In this document: in pieces, positions 59,001 through 63,182 of the stretch | Numbering within the stretch: position 1 is the stretch's first letter | Layout: the number at the start of each line of letters is the position of its first letter | Source of the DNA: a virus | Taxonomy: Duplodnaviria > Caudoviricetes | Length of the DNA stretch: 64,000 nt | IMG/VR virus record: IMGVR_UViG_3300020578_000034 | Span: 23,842 to 87,841 of that record | Reading direction: 5' to 3' (one strand) | The notes under the pieces: generated by a model | The model's input: the letters and a program-made list of their open reading frames with translations, nothing else | Told to the model about the DNA's origin: nothing | Database searches by the model: none | Made by a program: the position numbers and the translations under genes

Positions 59001-62000
59001 GGCTCGACATCGACAGGATGGACGACATCTACCCAGTGGTTGGCACGAGCTTCAACGAGGCCGTCAACGAGATGCGCAGGACGCTGGGAGGCTTGGGCCC
59101 CGAGACTTTGTCGGCCGTTTACCGCGGCAGGGGCCAGCTCCGTCTCGCCGCGGAATCGGCCAACCGCGCGCTGACGCCCGACGCCGACAGAGAGAAGGCA
59201 TTGCAGCAGATGAACCTGTACGTCATCCCGGTGATAAAGGGCTTGATGGCACTGCACAGGACAAACATCGAGATCGGGTTCCGGCAGGTCGCATCGTTTG
59301 CCGAGGGTCTGAAGCGTCTGACCGAGGCGACGCCCATGAGCGGGATACAACGGGAGCTCATGACCATCGCATCACTGCTTGACGATTTGCGCGAAAAGGG
59401 ATCGATAAACGACGTCACTCACTCCAAGCTGATGATGGAGATCGCCCGCGCCGGAGCCACGACCATGTTCGGAGACCTGGAGTTCGGAAACACCGTGATG
59501 GATGCCATCGCAAACGGGAGCGCCGATGACGTGATGACGTTCATGATGCTGATAGACGACGCCGTCTCGGACAGCGTGGAGGAGGACAAGCGACGCGAGT
59601 TCATCGACAAGTACAAGGGGTACATGACCGCCGCACAAAACACCTTCGGCGACGCATTCGGGCAGTACGTCAGGAGCGGTTTCTACGGAAGCGTGAAGAC
59701 AATCGGCGAGGCGGTGAGGGAGATGGAGCCATTCATCCTCGCCACCGAGCGCGCGCGCAAGAGGAGGACCCTGCTCCAGAGGTACAAGCGAGAGGTGATT
59801 GACCCCGTAAAGGACTCCCTGCTCACCGACGAGGAGAAGTTCAAGAACCTGAGGACCTTCAACGAGTGGCTCGACGCCAGCGGGTTCCCGGACCTCACGT
59901 ACGACAAGGGTGGCTCGGGTGGCGACGGAGAGGCGGCGATGTCGGCCCTCACGAGGACCGTGATGGCAAGATTCACCGATGACGCCGCGTCCGCGGTTAT
60001 CGAGGGCTACGAGGATTCGGCCAAGTCGGGTTCGTCAAGACTCAACCTCGGGCACATGCTGTCAGGGGCCTGGAGGGCGCTGATGACCGACACGAGGCCC
60101 GGCTCGTACGCGTCAAAACTAAGGAGGCTCAACATAAGACCGGACAGGATGGCCGCGGCGCTCGCGAGCATCACCACCCCGAAGGACGGCCCGTCGCCGA
60201 AACCCACGGATTATTCCACGGCTGCCAAGAACGCCATGATCGGGGCCATACGGGCCGCCACCAGGAGGGGCGACGAGTTCATCGATCTCGGCGACCTGCT
60301 GCAGGCGATACTCGACCCGTCACTCAGGGGACGTGAAGACGACGGCGTCGATGAAGCCCTGAAGGTCGCCGACATTTCTCCGAACGTGATAAGGATGGCC
60401 CTAGCGCAGTCAAGAATCTCTGGCGGCAGGGAGCCGCTCCCGGACGCCGAGGCCGGCATGTCCGCCAGTCGCATGGCTTTGAACTCCGCCGACCGACGCG
60501 ACGACCTGAAGAGGAACAAGATGCTCGCCAACGGCATGTGGTTCAACTCCGACCGACAGATCCCTGTCGCCACGGGGACCGCGACCGACGGGCAGCTCGT
60601 CGACGAGGTGGAAAGACTCATGAACATCTACGCCATCGGCGCCGCGAGGTCCGAACTGGAGCCCGTGGACTTCCGCGGCGGGGAATCACCCTTCTCCAAC
60701 GCGGCGATCAGGCAGACCAACTCGCGCCTCATCCACGGCGACAACGGCCAGGAGCCGACCGACCTCGTCGGGGCAATCAGGCACGCCATGGACAGGGCCG
60801 ACGCCCTGTTGACGGACGGAATGGAGCAACGCAGGTTCCACGAACTCAAGTCAAAGATGCGCCTCTACTTCGACAACGACGAGCACATGCCAGACGAATC
60901 GGGGGACGCCGAGGCCGGCATGACGAGAAATTTCAACGAGATGATCGAGCCGATAAATGACAACTTCGGGCGCTCGGAGAAGATGGGGCAGAAGCAGTAT
61001 TACGAGGGCATCTACGGCGACGCGGACCTGAGCGAGGCGGAGTTGCGAAAGGCGGCCGACGTCGCGTCGCTCGGGTCGCCCTTCGACATTTCGCGCAACC
61101 TCGACGGCAACGAGGACGACGTCAACTGGAGCACGAGCCAATGGTCGTTCAACAAGGATCAGACCTACGTCGAGGCGGCGGACTCCGTGATGATAAGGAT
61201 GCGAGACGGCGACTTGGCCACGGCAGAGATTGCGATGATCTCGCGCAAGAGCGGCCCTTTCAGGGACGCCATGGCCCTCGTAGGCGGACTGAGGGACGAG
61301 GGCGAGGATTTCATGACCACGGCGGCGAGGGAGACGGCGGAGGAGGTCGGAGTCTCCCTGGAGAGGGCGCTACAGGCGCAGTACATAGGAACGATAGAGT
61401 CGCCCGACTGGGATCCCCGGTTCGTCAACGGAGCGAAAGTCGGCGCCGGGATGTTCGTCCTGCCTTGGGACACGTCCCTCGTGGCCGCGTCCGACGCCGC
61501 TGGTGCGCGCTGGGTTCCCCTGTCGGAGATAGCAGCGGGCCAGCACAGGCTCGCCTTCGGGCACGCCGAATGGATACGAAGGGCCGTGGCCGCCATGCAG
61601 ATAGACCCGTCGTCGGACCCCTACGGGGACATTCGTCTCTCGATAGCAAAAAGGCTCGGGTTGCTCTCCAAGGCCGCGAGGGTGAGGAACCAGAAGATGA
61701 TCGCCATGGTCAACCTCGTCCGCAGGGCGACGGGCAAGAAGTTGTTCCCCGAGCAGGGCGACATGCCGCACCCGATGATGCCGTGGGGCAACAAGGTTGC
61801 GAGCTCCTCGTGGAGATTCGGGCCCGATGCCGAGGCGGGAATGTCCGCCTCACCCATCGACGACTCGCTGCCAAGGGAGCTCGGCCTTCTGTCCGTCCAG
61901 AGCACGATGCCCGCCAGTCTCCTCGAGAAAGGAGCGGACACCGCGGGCTTCTACAAGGTCGGGCACTCCAGGGGCGGCGGCGTCGACCCCGTCTCAGCCG

Positions 62001-62806
62001 ACGACTTGTTCGCGGCGTGGGGGGACAAGACGAGGGTGGAGAGTCTCTGGAGGCCGTACGTCGAACTCAGCCTCGAGCGGGCGAGGAAGGGCGACGTACC
62101 GAACGACCAGCAGAGACCGACGGTTTACATCCTCGGAGGCGCGTCAGGCGTGGGCAAGTCACTCGCCCGGAAGACAGGACTGTCGGGGATACCCAACTAC
62201 GACAGCGCCGTCGTTGCCGACCCCGACGACGCAAAGGCCATGATGCCGGAGGCGAGGCTGTGGTACGCGAGAAGGATGCCCAACGCGGCCCCCCTTGTTC
62301 ACCCAGAGTCGCGCCAGGTGGCGGCCGTGATGGCGAGAGCCGCGACCAAGGAGGGGCTGGACCTCGTGTACGACACCAGCGGGCAATTCAACGACGGTTT
62401 CAGGGACATCACGGACTGGAGGAAGATGGGGTACGACTTGGTCGCGCACTATTTCTTCGCCCCAGAGAGCACCCTGCAGCGGAGGGTCATTGAACGACAG
62501 GAACAGTTCGGGCGCGGCGTCCCACAGCACATCGTTTCCACGATCCAGTGGAACCTCAAGCAAATGATCCCGGACTTCATAGGACGACAGTTGTTCGACG
62601 AGCTGTACATATGGGACACGGAGAAGGACCCGGAAAGACCGCAACTGGTCGGCCAGGTGCTGCTCGGGCAGCAGGGCCAGCCCTCGACGTTGGAGGTGAA
62701 GCACCCGTATCTATTCAGGTATCTGTTCGAGGACAGGACCGCACCGGACGGGGGCAAGATCGAACCTCGCAAAACGAAGGTCATAACCATCCCGTTCGGC
62801 AAATGA
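47051..62806 (+). CDS. Giant polyvalent protein / putative polyprotein 5 (5251 aa) ending in Clp-N, Nudix and zeta-toxin-like kinase modules
   Basis: GC.G...WMPC motif, shared leader, and 10 strict EA[GA]M Mets (49892, 50402, 51089, 53075, 54872, 56951, 59939, 60458, 60920, 61841) plus IAAM 47606 and SAGM 49331. Confidence 0.92.
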   Translation: MDDSTEQGDCCPISGAEIEQKGIAFGPRQVRPDSFDAYVDKESARARARMLGCIGIRQYSSTAGGTVWMPCSNESDYRKVTGQDNLSRRQRRRMLKTFFTDGLETKALGSTIGAVSGQVNTNPFTAIDADLDGLVLEGLAHINMGRGVPDPTPGGAQIPSAPTSPLRRMDRSPFQVTNDDFAIAAMSNRTRPTQEVPTPPVRKRDRRMNRPSAKLRMEQYRDNVEAALKDDLFANSWQKAVADFIDADALGDDDSDQYLKQNLYSIVEDVASRVESAVDEQPEFSVPRGRTRRDAADATSARLTAKVLGTVSELMNNPPDAMTGRDDVVRRLTSSLLESGARRVADTGGKPGVWAFLIQAILGGAIGVQGGWELLARIFGIENSTGWIPHPTGRSLEILSPSLARQRSNEARSRALERVTRTMDALRDAGFAIADAGDIPSVADDIAEVLDGDRSTDLPGDLLPKDTAKSSSLDEVIRKMREATGIRDSVATRRRRDPRTYVEEDLITRNRMDLVGIPTGILDVFDSSSVPAPTPSDGSAARLIASGGVDGLNPMNAKLLYDAMSDQNFLRTFVAPTDSPYAAQLATLVEQGRLPKVAAAILEMSPESVEDFLAVNPRPLILSARSARKKLRPAGSWVTRIDHDPFEVAAHLMRAKDYHISAIANGSDSPVLLDAVDELVGNNASETSAIFSAMVANNKQRLADAYDGSLQLARSGNGLLMAARNLISNATENDSTWSASRNAITQASRAMVSAGDVSAGMTNTASRYGRNYPRHRRKSGDWSPIANKIRDSIKRYKSRYGAPAANSADLARFVDFSYPELLDEAAELIDLMKQKIEFGSLAMADYASDGWRNRDVAELALDEFDPTNLESIFDPGSRMGLLKAIGVNLAAAAKMAPSRSERDGVMDILDEVNSWSFTVLPLYTEPRSVTSRRRGIFPSVSADAEAGMTVNRGVPEDIRQTLMSRSAPLGSGTEGTPKIRMRRKLIERANELLAAKQSDDLVDRIGMDPKGPVIDIAETFLVTAEQFRWDQQTTASFYEDVAEMMNEMVQEVPNPKKRQLLADMFTDALEDIAENMDDGNTEFFASTGDIPSRTVGRLARRLGRTDQPRARSDSEAGMVGPDDEPRAIVEPMPEFPDDEPRAIVEPMPELPPTPPRRRMTDGEMVTIYGEVQRIFRSLDNPNISKNPNDAASWREKMRAAGINIPFSSDEGLDEVADQTLPDAPDDPRAVFSDPFAGVSQDAVRYLDDLMSIVLEEIGASVSSTTEDFVRDLRRRTGVRNSSEFHDLVRALSTSDGRATLADFSEQVMENNYLTTSAIKKRMTDRFPDFYDVMDYSGSGGGDAEAGMSGPIVDRIRERYVAQRKIRELGGVAKMNDEKDYKMRQTEARRRRLLSMTEPDGFFDFVTRGVTDQRSPLYLRPIAERMGGLYKYIKEMSDAQVDATWQALENFVNQARRDMFTGGLSSPYMTLYNAAKAKTTMDDPDFRPDGGRFSDDELLSKMEMNSWDEILPPPLDMTISESDIDAVPSFKAKAQAALEVLAIDRAQLMELLTGAETSEEARGKLSEEVETQERNVRQTIAKRAGKVEYVPTQLHMEQIAAADAITPLDSESLVAFVSTLDGAQLSYVSSASISTEQAKELVKAESRAISFASASRKLFAIRSLADLEPEEATFFRSKASQLIGDATISEPVKKLITAVVGDDDVAASQALSEIEPTDDNENSLVKVMWEMGRNSKGTFVTALLPPSIDEAERDATLRAKALGVLKSQPDGGRAMARRTIDHLPKDGRGYEPVRVVPEPGEGEAKIISLAEAIRAYDGTPESAAKIVEAMTDSQIERLRNNYIIPSIIQRMDRKAYEARLEQSSIAQTRARIDNLGRRLELLTFGTVDSGNTVEEIISRTDEALSKAFGDKVSDLSMLTREERSYYGDIIDYFISGGTEIFDDPSQYGMASRAMKEATAEVPENPTLPPLDPNPDAPPPPDDGSVTNVAPDAPKSDDDGFWDSMGIEAGMAPPTPGPPVPPDEPSKRRLEAMPEETARKLFGDDIAGFVREGTWTFGDPTFPRTAIPEEATLARKVISALFAVQQGEMPDDVAERMRSEGIYSAAQLIFRALSARTLEKIRNMPDPPYDFPAGPYDPRSDKDKDRQSFFLAAMQEYVSLHLALGGGALPIYDDAPGREPSRYSFELTREDFQMVIQDDDLMNYRLIYNPGQPNEAVRADEAVVAREEFVGDPSEHPLIQSIDRTLSHLRRQFPAFSDWLDQDNRYSRILGGMHYEKLDDSGQPRFGTGIIDLVRADPSSMDLEKVIREVVDQFVDQHSLLGVDGSRLVADARSLGPDPDDASPFPSMTSYPSPDYVETFSKPAADIARHKKIATSTAKASAAARQSWWTMFTTGTLMDQFEIAAVAVTDKGDNFHPDAILAGLRKYARDNNLAGQFDAYLGAAQAAASARFNSVALQTIQNTLNEMARNRGGIKGELLRLAKLQKTLEKHYKELSRHYQDRIRAKIQSIYSAWALLYGSWVDERKLVDGKVAKGQMTSQQAVDHLQKLYFDMQPTMYAAVNMIADLSRKAAASDRARTAVERQQEEIRERIEEIREAARLTGRDAEAGMALMRGINNAFDNLAEDPSGLSDDYKAGSSIGRSTFGVVGGDRVGAPRARRLLTTNEKKLASAISRMNDMFSQNNVDEIGQVPSIRAAMETLRGGRPDRVVPQIRTGDPGEIEQAKVTAAMMMRADAEAEATTRRILGARFKRFSDLAMNTLPGLTRRVVEDIVVDGVAEAMRANAVREADLDAALTMYSEAIRNVKYMSVFNPVQRTADILNLEPDDVSDAIATESMILKTSNLLRMAQSYASSLSGAYGRNSVLRMTNNRFPELRNFGSLFLESIFASPSDASSRKLNSAISLNKLMRFNSRAAAAAFGVSDDVAQVISASAAPRTRPTELSNPLPHDWNFMTFRDRQSWLGSEEAFNSLGRAGVNDELSKLQSQIEDFGSMDGPYPALARIITGNATGTGAFGRQLITADGRSPIFSSVGFGRGDMVRNGRNQISALMGAVPGISQMSDRALSRFLGAPYDVVAEFRRDGAAASPEAAERLALAFGKISSEVWPPDAPQSDADPGNFYWLGSTWDRSGEIIAAIGEGADQYAVAADMPNGQFVAERVTQLVEDGTVGRFYDQVGLEEITTEDAQSFVASIAPRSRKGVVEILASSGYREQDIIDATGFNPNTVRNSLHELRKQGLLPEVVGSPRWIARNGDAVVADFSSGLSKRALMKKYGIGAKTLDSIIGSSRDGSRMDDAYGDAEAGMSNRRLPDNTPMSDGPQPDWRDERQTRADGTLVDRETQSPPANVANPFVTPGSPASLGLNGEIKDPERMQNWARALSAWISFALEGGYFKNRTEEMSQSELIMAGIFGDSGSPGFEEAEFEIGMTDPVRGKRFKAFEIATRQDNPANELLSVNAVPSIIRPQFDATGVYTGILPMLRGMILATYDKYFKKLSDREMGSWEGVSTQDLVDAGLLDEPEMPRDASDELRLKLWQLRQMMRNPNMVDAPPLFEPGDEVVMRTIIPLMANADEMNTMRAQHGASPEGILGDPADRIQSSTISGVELWRGTRDAEFEEMALTGVPMFSNLLLGSVVTGDLGARKIVDNLTPRQIMLSNWVYGMYTALEPLVNAFAEMMPMKRFRSASPNLPDEPGASIMLGDPLYLPTREVDDQVFAFAFDSLFKALQGVSESPEMTILESLPSGEFEQLYGGDPGTNPSKAEALRMSTKVLARILADVLATGIYRKAVQSIAKDDDGRTSPFYKEEMQTDWFRLARPRVDSFGYWSMYGPNIVYAGTGGDIYEPGWNDQTNPISELGRNGAQLAADAVKADKEAMLQLQRVIDETPGKYWWETEAAYGELTDDQILNMHPEEFADYVASLSMYGEGELDDEKASQMLTRLVGRLSAMGYPKAELDRFDEWIGPIISGMPEGTVTKESVLRQLKNIFPWLDIDRMDDIYPVVGTSFNEAVNEMRRTLGGLGPETLSAVYRGRGQLRLAAESANRALTPDADREKALQQMNLYVIPVIKGLMALHRTNIEIGFRQVASFAEGLKRLTEATPMSGIQRELMTIASLLDDLREKGSINDVTHSKLMMEIARAGATTMFGDLEFGNTVMDAIANGSADDVMTFMMLIDDAVSDSVEEDKRREFIDKYKGYMTAAQNTFGDAFGQYVRSGFYGSVKTIGEAVREMEPFILATERARKRRTLLQRYKREVIDPVKDSLLTDEEKFKNLRTFNEWLDASGFPDLTYDKGGSGGDGEAAMSALTRTVMARFTDDAASAVIEGYEDSAKSGSSRLNLGHMLSGAWRALMTDTRPGSYASKLRRLNIRPDRMAAALASITTPKDGPSPKPTDYSTAAKNAMIGAIRAATRRGDEFIDLGDLLQAILDPSLRGREDDGVDEALKVADISPNVIRMALAQSRISGGREPLPDAEAGMSASRMALNSADRRDDLKRNKMLANGMWFNSDRQIPVATGTATDGQLVDEVERLMNIYAIGAARSELEPVDFRGGESPFSNAAIRQTNSRLIHGDNGQEPTDLVGAIRHAMDRADALLTDGMEQRRFHELKSKMRLYFDNDEHMPDESGDAEAGMTRNFNEMIEPINDNFGRSEKMGQKQYYEGIYGDADLSEAELRKAADVASLGSPFDISRNLDGNEDDVNWSTSQWSFNKDQTYVEAADSVMIRMRDGDLATAEIAMISRKSGPFRDAMALVGGLRDEGEDFMTTAARETAEEVGVSLERALQAQYIGTIESPDWDPRFVNGAKVGAGMFVLPWDTSLVAASDAAGARWVPLSEIAAGQHRLAFGHAEWIRRAVAAMQIDPSSDPYGDIRLSIAKRLGLLSKAARVRNQKMIAMVNLVRRATGKKLFPEQGDMPHPMMPWGNKVASSSWRFGPDAEAGMSASPIDDSLPRELGLLSVQSTMPASLLEKGADTAGFYKVGHSRGGGVDPVSADDLFAAWGDKTRVESLWRPYVELSLERARKGDVPNDQQRPTVYILGGASGVGKSLARKTGLSGIPNYDSAVVADPDDAKAMMPEARLWYARRMPNAAPLVHPESRQVAAVMARAATKEGLDLVYDTSGQFNDGFRDITDWRKMGYDLVAHYFFAPESTLQRRVIERQEQFGRGVPQHIVSTIQWNLKQMIPDFIGRQLFDELYIWDTEKDPERPQLVGQVLLGQQGQPSTLEVKHPYLFRYLFEDRTAPDGGKIEPRKTKVITIPFGK
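50411..50497 (+). repeat. 45-nt tandem duplication (PDDEPRAIVEPMPE x2)
   Basis: ccggacgacga.ccgcgcgccatcgtcgagccgatgccggaatt starts at 50411 and 50456, just after an EAGM motif. Confidence 0.9.
59939..60457 (+). other. Clp N-terminal (double Clp-N repeat) module
   Basis: RFTDDAASAVIEGYEDSAKSGSSRLNLGHMLSG and YSTAAKNAMIGAIRAATRRGDEFIDLGDLLQAIL. The module is bounded by EAAM and EAGM. Confidence 0.75.
60920..61840 (+). other. Nudix hydrolase module (ADP-ribose pyrophosphatase/NrtR-like)
   Basis: RKSGPFRDAMALVGGLRDEGEDFMTTAARETAEEVG (Nudix box from 61283), DPR, AASDAAGARW and LAFGH. Confidence 0.85.
61841..62806 (+). other. Zeta-toxin-like P-loop kinase module
   Basis: VYILGGASGVGKS (62135-62161), DPDDAK, VHPES, LVYDTS and R...GRGVP. 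Confidence 0.8.
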
Positions 62807-62851
62807 CCTTGCCACCGAAGCCGGACCCGAAAGATACACTGGAGGACCGAG

Positions 62852-63055
62852 ATGAGCGACAAGATTGCGGACAGGCCTAAGGCCGGGGCTGGTCTGTCGG
62901 CCTGGGAGGCAATGCAGTTGTGCGCCGTCAACCAACTGCCGCTGTCGCACTACGGGCTGTCCGACACGCCAGAAAATCGGAGAACGGTTGACAAACTGCG
63001 CGACGAGTACGACGAAATGGAACGGCGCGGGCTGATAATTGAAATAGCTCAGTAA
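62852..63055 (+). CDS. Small protein downstream of the zeta-like module, candidate antitoxin (67 aa)
   Basis: GGAGG at 62841-62845 precedes the ATG at 62852. Confidence 0.65.
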   Translation: MSDKIADRPKAGAGLSAWEAMQLCAVNQLPLSHYGLSDTPENRRTVDKLRDEYDEMERRGLIIEIAQ

Positions 63056-63182
63056 AAAAACGCTACTTACACTACGAACTCAAGTATTCTGCTAACTTTG
63101 AATGCAAGACGCAAGCAGCGGGTGCTTACCTGGCGCTGTCTGGAAACAACAGCAAACAAAACAACGCCCAGGAGGCAAGAAC
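63056..63182 (+). promoter_or_regulatory. Capsid-gene leader: AT-rich segment, possible hairpin, A/C-rich tract and strong RBS
   Basis: Possible stem cagcg(63116)...cgctg(63138), aaacaacagcaaacaaaacaac at ~63144-63165, and AGGAGG at 63170-63175, 7 nt before the ATG. Confidence 0.55.

Noticed and set aside
91-61843. EAGM-coding DNA as a CRISPR-like or dispersed DNA repeat array
   Set aside because: Spacing is irregular (hundreds to thousands of nt), the motif is always in frame, and third positions vary. It is a protein motif.
91-61843. Motif as a 2A-like ribosomal skip or intein junction
   Set aside because: It lacks NPGP, and 2A skipping is a eukaryotic-ribosome phenomenon. There are no C/S...HN intein termini or Hint motifs.
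62803-62880. 25-codon ORF starting at an ATGA overlap with the 5251-aa gene
   Set aside because: It is very short and has no clear RBS. The 62852 ORF has a good GGAGG and is preferred.
13840-63100. Common late-promoter consensus among AT-rich gaps (13840-13887, 25394-25461, 46977-47050, 63056-63100), e.g. AAGTAT[CT]CT
   Set aside because: The similarity is short and present in only some gaps, so it cannot be supported by eye.
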